The notes under the pieces were generated by a model that saw nothing but the letters and a program-made list of their open reading frames with translations, made no database searches and was not told where the DNA came from. Below, one piece after another: positions 28,106-37,668 of a stretch of DNA of 64,000 nt. This DNA comes from a virus (taxonomy: Duplodnaviria > Heunggongvirae > Uroviricota > Caudoviricetes). The first letter of the stretch is position 1; the number at the start of each line of letters is the position of its first letter. Position numbers and translations under genes: made by a program. Location: positions 64,001 through 128,000 of IMG/VR virus record IMGVR_UViG_3300033069_001798; one strand, given 5' to 3'.

Positions 28106-28769
28106 AAGTTGCTACTTTTTCCAAAAAGTGTGGAATATACTCTACCACACCCAAGCTACGATTGCACCGCATACACAATATGCCACGAATTTTATTTGTA
28201 GTATGATCATGATCTACATGAATTTCTTTTGAATTCAAATTACTGAATGAAATTTCGCACAGTGCGCAACAATTTCCCTGTTGACTTAGCAACATTTCGT
28301 ACATTGGTTGAGTCAATTTATACGAATTCCAACGTGATTTTGCTGAATTATTTGGAACGCATGTAGTGCAGCACAACTGTTTAACACCAGTTGGTTTGAA
28401 TTCTGTCTGACAAGCAACACACGTGCTGTTGGAAAAATTTCGATTTACGTTAAAAGCTGGGTTGTTAATAACGCAACGACGAGAACAGTACTTCTTAGTT
28501 TTTGCAACTGTTGCATTAACCTTACATTCTTTTCCACACGTCAGACACGTTATAGTCACTCGCTTTTGTTCAAATCTTTTCTTTCGTTCATTGTGTTTTA
28601 TTCGTTGTTTTTCACAATAATCCGGATCAGACCACAATTTACTTGAGCTTTTAGAACGCTTAAGTTTTGATTCAATCGACGCTTTTCCGTCTTTAGATGC
28701 TGCGATAATTTTTTCACGAAATTCTGGTGTTTGCCACAACTTTTTAACTTGATCAGATCTATTTCCCAT
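28092..28769 (-). CDS. endonuclease VII-like HNH homing endonuclease
   Basis: Q.NCCALC...VDHDH.T.KIRGILC.RCN.SLG. Confidence 0.88.
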   Translation of the reverse strand: MGNRSDQVKKLWQTPEFREKIIAASKDGKASIESKLKRSKSSSKLWSDPDYCEKQRIKHNERKKRFEQKRVTITCLTCGKECKVNATVAKTKKYCSRRCVINNPAFNVNRNFSNSTCVACQTEFKPTGVKQLCCTTCVPNNSAKSRWNSYKLTQPMYEMLLSQQGNCCALCEISFSNLNSKEIHVDHDHTTNKIRGILCMRCNRSLGVVEYIPHFLEKVATYVNI

Positions 28770-28932
28770 GTCATAATTATCTCGTCAAGTTAGTAACTCA
28801 TATAGAATAATTCTCACACTCGATAGTCGCAGCTTTGCACACCAATATTGCAACAATGCAAGGGTGGATAACCACATCAAATTACCGAGATATATTCGTG
28901 GGCCCTCACGTGATCACTAACCCCTAAACGTG

Positions 28933-28957
28933 CAACGCGCGGGGTTACCGCGCGTTG
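28933..28957 (-). terminator. hairpin after Hsp20 gene
   Basis: CAACGCGCGG-GGTTA-CCGCGCGTTG 10-bp inverted repeat; weak U-tract. Confidence 0.5.
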
Positions 28958-28982
28958 AGTACCAGGTAGGTGCCGTACTTGC

Positions 28983-29414
28983 TTACTCGATCTTTATGCT
29001 GAGTGCTTCTTCAGGTGGTGGTTGTTTACTCTTCAATCCTATCGTAAGGATGCCATCAGCTAGCTTCGCAAACGTTGGATTGGACTCGTACGTATCCTGA
29101 ATGCGCCAGCTCCACGAGACAGTCTTCGCACCGCCGGGCATCTTACGTTCAGCCTTGACAACAAGAGTCTTGTCTTGCAGCGTTATCGATACGTCTTCTT
29201 TCTTGTATCCCGGTAGTTCAACGTGAAGAGCAGAACCTTCTTCAGTCTTCTCATGCCAAAACGTTGGTTCTGGTAGATTGTTCATGATCTTCTTCGTCCA
29301 GATAGAAGATTCTGACTTAAATGGATCAATTGAAAGCATGTCATCAAAGATTGCGTTAAAGTCACCGAACTTGTAGGTTGGATTTCTCATCGTATCATAG
29401 TAACGAGTTAGCAT
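28983..29414 (-). CDS. small heat-shock protein (Hsp20/alpha-crystallin); start revised to ATG 29414
   Basis: LHVELPGYKKEDVSITLQDKTLVVKAER...AKLADGILTI. The upstream part of the track ORF contains three TTA codons. Confidence 0.88.
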   Translation of the reverse strand: MLTRYYDTMRNPTYKFGDFNAIFDDMLSIDPFKSESSIWTKKIMNNLPEPTFWHEKTEEGSALHVELPGYKKEDVSITLQDKTLVVKAERKMPGGAKTVSWSWRIQDTYESNPTFAKLADGILTIGLKSKQPPPEEALSIKIE

Positions 29415-29489
29415 AGCAGTGTTTTCCTTTCCACGAGAACCAATCTCGTGAAAACATGATAAAACACTCCTTAAGCAATGTACAGGGGC

Positions 29490-29582
29490 TAAGTACCCTG
29501 ATTCGATCCTTTTTCGGTTGACTTCACCTTTTTTCATGTACGCTTCGTGCATCTCATCAAGCGTTACACCTGATGCAATCAA
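29490..29582 (-). pseudogene. orphaned duplicate C-terminus of the NTP pyrophosphatase domain; ends at TTA 29490-29492
   Basis: IASGVTLDEMHEAYMKKGEVNRKRIESGY aligns with ILSGITSKDLYKAYMKKGTINFARILSNY of 29579..30754. Confidence 0.8.
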
Positions 29583-30754
29583 TAATTGCTCAATATTCTA
29601 GCAAAATTGATTGTTCCTTTTTTCATATATGCTTTGTACAAATCTTTGCTAGTAATACCACTCAAGATAAACAATTCCATCAGATAATGCAACGTATCTG
29701 ACAACTCTTCCAAAAAGGCCTCTTTATCAAAATCTTGCACATCAGATATTCTGTGTGATTTTGAATTACGAAGCAAATGCACAGATTCAAACAATTCATG
29801 CATGCATTCATGTGCAACTTCTTTAAGAAGTTTCTGACCAGGTTTTGAAGAAACATCAACTGGAAATTCTGGGAAATTTCTTTCCTGACGCAGGAGTTTC
29901 ATGAACTTCATTTGTTCAACGAACATGTGTTCAAGTCGATCATCAGTCGATTTAGATGTTGACAACAAAAATACACACTTATCATGCTTAATCAAAGTTA
30001 TGTCTGATTTCAATTCTGGCAATGTATCTTCTGTTATGATTTGATAAGTCAATTGCTTGTCTTTACAGAAATCTTCTGCTGCAACAGCTTTTGCAAGAAC
30101 TTTTGGATCATTTTTACACGCATAAGAACTTTTAACTTCAAACAACGTTCTCCATTTTTCAACGTAAAAATCTGGGATATATGTGTGACCACGACCGTCA
30201 AACTCATATTGAATAGTAGGTACTTTTTTCAAATCTGTCTGCAAATTGACTTGTTTTGTTTCGAGCCACTTAAGAAAGTGATATTCATACGAACTTCTAA
30301 AGAAGTTACCTTTGTACCATCCTTTAATTGTATTCCAAGAATACAAATTCTCTGGTTGCTCTAGCAACTTAGCCGTAGCTCTTTCGCTCATAGCTTTACG
30401 ATGTACAGCGTTAATCGTTGGTTTACGACCATGAACTGCTGTAAATTGCGTTGAACACTTTCGATTGCAAAATCTTGGCAAAGGAGATCTTTTACGCTTT
30501 GTAACGTTAGCATTGCAGTATTCGCATGTAAATGTGTAATACTGCAATTTTTCGAGTTCATGAACTCTTTCTACGCCATGTTGGTGAATTTTGAATTCAC
30601 GTGAAGCAGTTTTAATTCGACCATGTGCATATGACCAAATTTGACTACATGAAGTATCGCAAAAATTTGGTTGTTTTCCACTACGGTTAGACTTTTCACA
30701 CTTTTTACCGCATTGCTTGCAATTAAATTGATATGTTCGTAGTATACGCGCCAT
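29579..30754 (-). CDS. TnsA-N-like endonuclease fused to MazG-like (all-alpha) dNTP pyrophosphatase
   Basis: Zn-finger repeats, FRSSYE..YIPDFYV..FEVKS, then HELFE...EELSDTLHY. Confidence 0.75.
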   Translation of the reverse strand: MARILRTYQFNCKQCGKKCEKSNRSGKQPNFCDTSCSQIWSYAHGRIKTASREFKIHQHGVERVHELEKLQYYTFTCEYCNANVTKRKRSPLPRFCNRKCSTQFTAVHGRKPTINAVHRKAMSERATAKLLEQPENLYSWNTIKGWYKGNFFRSSYEYHFLKWLETKQVNLQTDLKKVPTIQYEFDGRGHTYIPDFYVEKWRTLFEVKSSYACKNDPKVLAKAVAAEDFCKDKQLTYQIITEDTLPELKSDITLIKHDKCVFLLSTSKSTDDRLEHMFVEQMKFMKLLRQERNFPEFPVDVSSKPGQKLLKEVAHECMHELFESVHLLRNSKSHRISDVQDFDKEAFLEELSDTLHYLMELFILSGITSKDLYKAYMKKGTINFARILSNY

Positions 30755-30860
30755 TTTTTCCTAAACGATCAACGTTCTTTTTCATGTTTCCTTTTTAGCT
30801 CACCGATAAAAAAGCAAAGAGTTAGCAGAAGAATTGCAACGGCACCTTCAAACACAGACA

Positions 30861-31109
30861 TAAGTCACCGATAACTACTCTGCTCTTATTTCTCTCAGAC
30901 TTAAGCTGTTCAACCTTTGCAAGTGCATCATCATGAGATGCCTTCACTCGTTCAACGTAACCCTTCGTCAAGACGAGCTCTTCGCCAAACGTTTCAACTT
31001 CAACCATTCGAAGAAGATCAACGATGTCAACGCCCATCAAGATTCCCTCTTGAAGAATTTGTGCAATGCGTGCGATAACTGAATCTGATAGCTTGTATGT
31101 TTTATCCAT
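30861..31109 (-). CDS. hypothetical protein; ends at TTA 30861-30863
   Basis: YKLSDSVIARIAQILQEGILMGVDIVDLLR. Confidence 0.6.
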
Positions 31110-31115
31110 CTTAGT

Positions 31116-31144
31116 ATCCTACTACAGGTTTGCGTTCTGTTCAA
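31116..31144 (-). promoter_or_regulatory. sigma70-like promoter, likely leaderless transcript
   Basis: TTGAAC-N17-TAGGAT, with the -10 box 6 nt before ATG 31109. Confidence 0.55.
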
Positions 31145-31145
31145 C

Positions 31146-31733
31146 TCAAATTAGGCCAGATTCTCTGACAGCAACGATGACCTTCTCGTGGACCTCATGA
31201 CGAGATCCTGCGTTTGAAACCTTTGCGCAAGCAAGGTGAGCATCGGCCCAATCAACGTAACGATTGTTGACGATCCTCTGGAATACTTCATCAGCTTCAT
31301 AAGCATCGTCACCGCGCTTGCCAAATGACTTACCGTGAATCACGATTGTCAGATCGGCTCGGCGCAGCTTAGATATCCTCTCTCTTGTTTTCTCAGCATC
31401 TGCGTACGTCAGATCACCATAGATGATCGACGACAACGTCCAACGATCGAACACTACGTAATCATTTTCACGCTCTAGCTTCGGAAGCGTGAACGTCTGG
31501 AACGCTAGTCGATTAGCATGTTGGATCGCCTGGAATAGGTTTGGGTAAGAATTTGCCCATCCATTCTTCAACATCTTGTAGATTAGCGGGTAAGTGAAGT
31601 GATCTCGAACTGGCACTTCAACTCGTGTAGCTCTGTAACCTTGGCTCATGAGCCAAGCTACTAGCATCCTAGATTGTGTCTCTTTCCCAAGCTGATCTGC
31701 ACCTTCAACGACGATGATCTTTGCCATTTTCAA
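31146..31733 (-). CDS. tmk: thymidylate kinase
   Basis: VEGADQLGKETQ P-loop variant, FDRW..S. Confidence 0.85.
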   Translation of the reverse strand: MKMAKIIVVEGADQLGKETQSRMLVAWLMSQGYRATRVEVPVRDHFTYPLIYKMLKNGWANSYPNLFQAIQHANRLAFQTFTLPKLERENDYVVFDRWTLSSIIYGDLTYADAEKTRERISKLRRADLTIVIHGKSFGKRGDDAYEADEVFQRIVNNRYVDWADAHLACAKVSNAGSRHEVHEKVIVAVRESGLI

Positions 31734-32392
31734 TCTCCCGGTTCTAGAACGTTACCCATCTCGTCGATGAATCCAAATGCCAAGAAGCTCTTGTTGAAGC
31801 GGCCGTCCGCGACGACTGAACGAAGCATTGCATCAGCAACGTTGTAGATCTCTGCTTGAGCATGCTTGGACCTTCTGAGCTCCAAGAAGTGAACGAAGCT
31901 TCTGAAGTTAAACATCACGTCTGCGGTGATCTGATTGCCGTACGGCAGGTAAAATCTTGCAGATTCTTTTGCTCGCTTCCTTGACATGCCTTTCTTCACA
32001 AGACGTTCTAGAACTTCATGGTACTGTGCCAACGAAGATTCAAGGTGTTGAATGTATTGAGCTCGTTCTTCAACATCCCAGTCAAATGGAACGTAATACT
32101 TGTCATCTTTCAATTCTTTGTACCGCGCAGATTCAGCGTTGATAGAAACACCGATGCGATGCTTGAGAAGATGAATGTGTGATGCAACTTCTGTTGTCAC
32201 AAGAAAGTGAATCGAGCTCTTTTCGAACGGCGTACCATGCTCTTCAGACGCTAGTCTTTGAAGCAACGATCCGATCCTGCCACGCTTATCATCCGTTAGA
32301 TCTCTTGACGTTGAAGTCCATGCACTTAGCGCATGCGTTTCATCCGAACCATACAACCCAACAAGCTCAACTGTGTTCTTATTCTCGCTCAT
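31730..32392 (-). CDS. thyX: flavin-dependent thymidylate synthase
   Basis: HGTPFE, KHRIGVSINAESARY, ARFYLP, NFRSFVHFLELR. Confidence 0.92.
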   Translation of the reverse strand: MSENKNTVELVGLYGSDETHALSAWTSTSRDLTDDKRGRIGSLLQRLASEEHGTPFEKSSIHFLVTTEVASHIHLLKHRIGVSINAESARYKELKDDKYYVPFDWDVEERAQYIQHLESSLAQYHEVLERLVKKGMSRKRAKESARFYLPYGNQITADVMFNFRSFVHFLELRRSKHAQAEIYNVADAMLRSVVADGRFNKSFLAFGFIDEMGNVLEPGD

Positions 32393-32688
32393 TTACCATC
32401 ACCATAGTCGTAATTTAGAAGATACGTTCTTCTGCGCTCATGTGCTACTTCGTTGAACAACTTTATGATCTTATTCTGAGCGTCCCAATCAAGAATGCTA
32501 CAATCGTACAAATTTTGTCCTACGTCAAAGCCCAAAATGTAACGAATGCCGTGATAAATTCTCTTATACCACGGCAAGTAACCCTTCAGAAGGTACTCTA
32601 CTTCAACTGATCCATCATCTGCCACGTAAAAACGAAGCAAGTGCGGAAATGAACCACACTTGCATTCTACGTATTCCGTGTTATCCAT
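32389..32688 (-). CDS. hypothetical protein
   Basis: ECKCGS..H; promoter immediately upstream. Confidence 0.6.
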   Translation of the reverse strand: MDNTEYVECKCGSFPHLLRFYVADDGSVEVEYLLKGYLPWYKRIYHGIRYILGFDVGQNLYDCSILDWDAQNKIIKLFNEVAHERRRTYLLNYDYGDGK

Positions 32689-32694
32689 GCAGCC

Positions 32695-32724
32695 ATTCTA
32701 CTGCATGCCAAGCTAGCTGTTCAA
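32695..32724 (-). promoter_or_regulatory. sigma70-like promoter, likely leaderless transcript
   Basis: TTGAAC-N18-TAGAAT, with the -10 box 6 nt before ATG 32688. Confidence 0.6.
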
Positions 32725-32725
32725 G

Positions 32726-32989
32726 CTATGTTCTTTGAACGAAAGCTAGAAGCTTGTCTTCGATCAGATCGTACATCTCGTCCTCAAGCTCTTCAAGCAG
32801 CTGGTTTGCTAGCTTTGTTAGCTCGCGAGCGTGTGTCTGATTCTCTGCTCTTTGCTGGATGAACCGAGTTACGTGCTGTCGAACACGATCGACGCAATCG
32901 CTTGAAGCCTGACGTATGACAAACTCAGGAACACCTCTCAAAAGTTCTTCTGAGATGATCTTCCTGAGATCTGCTTCTGTTATCTTCAC
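32726..32989 (-). CDS. putative virion protein with shared N-terminal motif
   Basis: MKITEADLRKIISEELL. Confidence 0.7.
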   Translation of the reverse strand: MKITEADLRKIISEELLRGVPEFVIRQASSDCVDRVRQHVTRFIQQRAENQTHARELTKLANQLLEELEDEMYDLIEDKLLAFVQRT

Positions 32990-32991
32990 TT

Positions 32992-33333
32992 TAAGTGATT
33001 TACCTTAGAGTTTTTGTGTGCAGCAACCCATGCAGTCTGAACTGCATCATTGATCTTTGATGCTACTTGTTCAGATGCTGAGGCCGCTGTTGTCTTAAGA
33101 GATTCGTACATCTGATCATCAAATTCTCTCGAGGATTCATCGTACTTCTCTGGGTTCGCAAGAACAAGGTTGCTTAGAAGCGCTGATTCGAACGCTGTCT
33201 TCAAATCAGAGACCGCTTTGACAATGTTCTTCTTCTCCATCGGATCTTTTGCAGGTTGGCTGCTCTTGAAGACAGCAGGTGAAACTGCAACTTCTCTGAT
33301 GATCTTTCGCAGATCACTTAGCTTTATCTTCAT
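32992..33333 (-). CDS. putative virion protein with shared N-terminal motif (hidden in the track's RNR ORF); ends at TTA
   Basis: ATG 33333 gives MKIKLSDLRKIIREVA, preceded by in-frame TTA 33346 and GAGG SD. Confidence 0.75.
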
Positions 33334-33345
33334 GACGTTAACCTC

Positions 33346-33729
33346 TAAAAGACCAAAATTTTCAGACGCATTCTTCATGTGTTGAGCAATGACCTTCAAA
33401 AGATCTTCTTTGAGGTCTTCACCGAAGCTGTTGTATTCATCGCTACCAATATCTTGCGCAGACATGTTAGCATCTGGTGGCGAAGCTCTTTCAACGATCT
33501 CGGCCAAAGACTCCATGAACTCATTGATGACTGGTTCAAGCGCCTGAGCAAACAGTTCCCTGTGTGACTCTTCAAAGTTCCACGGTTGCATGCCGTATTC
33601 CTTATCATCATACTCGCCAGTGGCATCATATGGTCCAAAGGCTTCCTTCAAAGTTCCCTTGCGCTTCACGTTCAGAACTTCTTCGTTAACAAGCTGCCTC
33701 AGCATCTGCGGTGTGATCTTGATTTTCAC
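33346..33729 (-). CDS. putative virion protein with shared N-terminal motif (hidden in the track's RNR ORF); ends at TTA
   Basis: GTG 33729 gives MKIKITPQMLRQLVNEEVL, with ATACTTA at 33754-33760. Confidence 0.75.
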
Positions 33730-33759
33730 GTCATCAACCTTTCGTCTTGGAGTTAAGTA

Positions 33760-36366
33760 TAAGGAACACTTGCTACTTCCACAGTTCATGCACGTCTGGC
33801 AACCTTCCATGTACGCTAGCTGATCAGAACCGCAACTTGAGCACTGCTTTTCTTGAGTTGCTTTCGTTCCATCGACGATGTAACCCTTGCTCAAGACCCT
33901 AGCAATGACAGTTGAAAATGACATCATGTCGCTGTGCTTGTCTTTGCGAAGCTGCTCTACGATGTACTGAAGCGGGATGCCATGCCTCAACGTTAGAGAC
34001 AACGTTCTGGTGAACGAACCGTAAGTTGGGTTGTCAAACAAGTTAACAACGTCTTTGAACGTCACAAAATCATCATCTCCTACAGGAATCTTCAGGTTGT
34101 ACGTTGCAACACCGTCTTTCTTGCCATTCTTGATCAAGATTCCCTTCTTAACCTTCTTTGGCACTTCAACGTGTTCTGACAGACCAGCAAAGACTTCGTA
34201 TGGAACACCGTTCAGCAATCCGACGAAGACAAGATACTGTTCACCTTTGATGTTGACTCGATGGATATCACACTCTAGCTCCTTTGGACGCTTTGGTGCA
34301 TGAACTTCGACGACCTTTTCTGGTTGAGTCGGCTCTCTCCTCGTGAGCTCTTCTTCAATCAATTTTTTGTACAAATCAGCTGATGGAATGCTACCAGCGT
34401 TCTTAGTTACAATGTCAAGAAGGGCTTTCAAGCCATCGGTCGACGCTCCTTGAATACTTGGCTTTTTCTCTTCTGTCGATAGAACGCCTGCTCTGCAACC
34501 ATCACGATACACTGTGATTCCCTTGCACCCAGATTCCCAACCTCGCATGTAGATGTTTTTAACTGTCTCAACTGACGTATCTGATGGCAAGTTGACAGTG
34601 CTGGAAATTGCATGGCAGATCCATCTTTGGGCTGCGGCTTGAAGGTCAACACGAGCATGCCAATCGATCTCAGAGCTAGAAGAACCCTTGTAAGGCGATT
34701 CATCAATATCAGCCTCTGTCTTTCCAGTCACATCCATCCACATCTTCAATCCATGATGGTAGACAGTATACTCTTGCCAACGATCTCCAAGATCATCAAC
34801 AAAGTTGGCAGTGGTCGTGACGTCGTTCGAATTGATCTTCTTCTTGCGCTTGTAGCTAACTGCAAAAACAGGTTCGCAACCAGACGTTGTTTGAGTCAGG
34901 ATTGAAACTGATCCAGCGGGCGCAGTTGTTGTCAAGGCAATGTTACGACGACCGTGAACCTTGTATGCAGCCTTGAGCTCATCATCATGTGCCAAGATCT
35001 TTTCAATGAACGGATGACCAGCTTCAACGTTGTGAGAAAACGCAGGAAATGCTCCACGTTCTGCCGCCATGTCAACTGACGAACGGTACGCAGAAAGAGC
35101 CAACATTCTATACAGATCTTCCGTAAAATCGATAGATTCCCTTGATCCGTACTTCAACCCAACGTACGCAATGGCATCACCAAGACCAGTGATTCCCAAA
35201 CCAGTGCGACGGCCCGAGGCACCTTTTTCCCTGATCTTCAACCAAAGATCTAGCTCGTTCTTCTTTACGTCGTCTGGTTCTGGATCTGAGTTGATCTTGT
35301 CGATGATCCTATCGACGGCTTCGAGCTCAAGATCAACCAAGTCGTCCATCAAGCGTTGAGCAACGTACGCAGCTCTCTTGAACTCTTTGATGTTGAAATT
35401 TGCTCTGTCAGTGAAAGGATTCTCTACGAACTTTGAAACGTTGAGAAGCAGCAATCTGCACGAATCGTAAGCGCAAAGAGCGATCTCAGAGCAGGGATTC
35501 GTAGAGATAGACTTGAAGCCGGGATATGCATCTGCTGGACCATTATTAACAACGTTGTCCCAAAATAGCAAGCCGGGTTCAGCTGACGCATGAGCAGCCT
35601 CAATGATCTCACTCCACAGTTCACCAGCGTCGACATCTTCTTTGATCGTATGCTGTGCATTTGCTTCAACTGGGAACCTTAGCTGGAACTTCTCGCCAGC
35701 CTTCACTGCTCGCATGAACTCATCAGTCAACCTGATCGAGATGTTTGCGCCTGTAACTTTTTCAACGTTCTTCTTGATGTTGATGAACGTGCGAATCTCT
35801 GGGTGATGAACAGAGATTGTCATCATCAAAGCACCACGGCGACCGCCTTGCGCAACTTCCCTGCAAGTGTTGCTGAAGCGCTCCATGAAAACACCGATGC
35901 CATCGGTCGTACGAGCAGCGTTAGTTGTGACCAATCCCTTTGGTCTGATTGACGAGATGTCGAATCCAACACCGCCGCGGCGCTTCATGATCTGAGCTTG
36001 CTCTTGGTCGGTCTTCATGATTCCGCCGTAAGAATCGTACGGCGATTCAATGACAAAGCAATTTGACAGAGACTGGATCTGCTTCGTGTTTCCAATCGCA
36101 GACATCGGCGATCCTTGAGGCACGATCTTCCAAGAGCTGAAATACTCCATGATCTCTTCGAACGAAATAGAGTTTTTGTAGTTCAACTCTATCCTAGCGA
36201 ACTCCTTCGCCAAGCGACGATGCATGGCTTCTGGTGTGCTCTCTAGAACTTGATCATTTGAATCACGCAACGCATATTTGGACACAAAAACATCAGCAGC
36301 TAGAGTGTCACCAGAAAAATAGTCAACCGATGCATCACGAGCTTCTTGGTACGTAAATGTCTTCAT
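33760..36366 (-). CDS. nrdJ: class II (B12-dependent) ribonucleotide reductase; ends at TTA 33760-33762
   Basis: SNCFV, RRGGVG, GGRRGA, TNPCSE, APAGS, terminal CSSC...CMNCGSSKCS zinc ribbon; no ATP cone. Confidence 0.88.
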
Positions 36367-36426
36367 TCTTGCTTTCTTTCCACTCTACAGCAGTTCGCTA
36401 AGGGGTGCTTCATAACTATACGCACT

Positions 36427-37668
36427 TCAAGAACCCGTGTCATCGCTAGAATCGCTTCCTCTTTTTAGATTTTCGCCGATGATTGGATCATTTCTCATCT
36501 CGTTCCACTTTGAACGAAGAACTTTCTTGATGTCAGATTCGTTCTCCTTCATGGCGACGTCCAAAGAACCCGGTCCACCCAAGATCTCAAAGTTGCTCTT
36601 TGAGGTGTCAATGTGCAACGGATAAACAAGACCATCGCGCCCGGCGCGATTCTTTGCAACGTACAATCGACCTTGACCCGTTGACTTCTCGTGAGCACGC
36701 CTAGAGATGCTGACGATCACGTCAGCGATCATCGCTTTGCCGTAAGCTTCAGACATGTTTCCCATGTCGATGATCTCGCTTGTCGCTCCCTCTTTGTTGC
36801 TCTGGCTCGCTGTCCACACTGGGATTCCTAGCTCACCAGCCATTCCTCTTAGTTCTTCGTAAACGAGCTTAAGCTCGTGTCTCAAAGAATCGAACTGACG
36901 AGTTGATCTCATGATGTCAGCATAGTCGATGATAATCAATCCTGGCCTGAAACCCTTCGTTCCGAGGCGCTCGATGTGACTTCGAAGCGTGTAGATGCTA
37001 GCTGTGTTCGTCGGAAAGTACTTGATGATCAAGCGTCCCAGCTTTTGCTCTGCGTACTTAGTAAGAATACGATCCTTGCTGTCAATGACAGCATTCGAAT
37101 CAATGTCACACAAGTTAGAATCATACCTGATACCAACTTGAGTCTCTGATAGCTCAAACGTGTAGTGAAGAACATCAACGTTGTTCCTCAGCGCCATTGC
37201 ACCCAAGAACGTAAGAAAGTGAGAATTATGTGACAACACACCGTCAGCATAGTAAGAATGTGCAATTGATACTTGAAGGTCGCAAAGACGATCAAGTTCC
37301 TCTAGATTATCAATCGAATCAATCATGCATATGCCATTAACAGTGACAATGTCATCACCAGGCGATAGATCACTAACTTTTGTCCATTGAGTTTCTGTAG
37401 AAGAATACTTCAAAACAATGTGTTCTGGTGAACACTGCAAAGAAGATTCTTTGCCATATGTCAATTTCACCTGCTGCTCTGGTTTTGTCCAACGAAAACC
37501 ATCTACAGGATAGAAAGTGTCAAGTGATCTGACTTCTATTGACCATTCATTCGGAATAAATGAATCACCAGAATCATCAGCAACTGAATCATCATTAAAT
37601 CCAATGCTAGCAAACAGATCACCAACTTTAACAACTTCAACAACTTCACAATGTTCTATTGAAAGCAT
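36427..37668 (-). CDS. dnaB: replicative DnaB-family helicase, C-terminal fragment with long split-intein C-part (148 aa)
   Basis: SPEH block B, ..YYADGVLSHN|SHFL, FELSE, IIIDYAD, TASQ, KNRAG. Confidence 0.9.
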   Translation of the reverse strand: MLSIEHCEVVEVVKVGDLFASIGFNDDSVADDSGDSFIPNEWSIEVRSLDTFYPVDGFRWTKPEQQVKLTYGKESSLQCSPEHIVLKYSSTETQWTKVSDLSPGDDIVTVNGICMIDSIDNLEELDRLCDLQVSIAHSYYADGVLSHNSHFLTFLGAMALRNNVDVLHYTFELSETQVGIRYDSNLCDIDSNAVIDSKDRILTKYAEQKLGRLIIKYFPTNTASIYTLRSHIERLGTKGFRPGLIIIDYADIMRSTRQFDSLRHELKLVYEELRGMAGELGIPVWTASQSNKEGATSEIIDMGNMSEAYGKAMIADVIVSISRRAHEKSTGQGRLYVAKNRAGRDGLVYPLHIDTSKSNFEILGGPGSLDVAMKENESDIKKVLRSKWNEMRNDPIIGENLKRGSDSSDDTGS

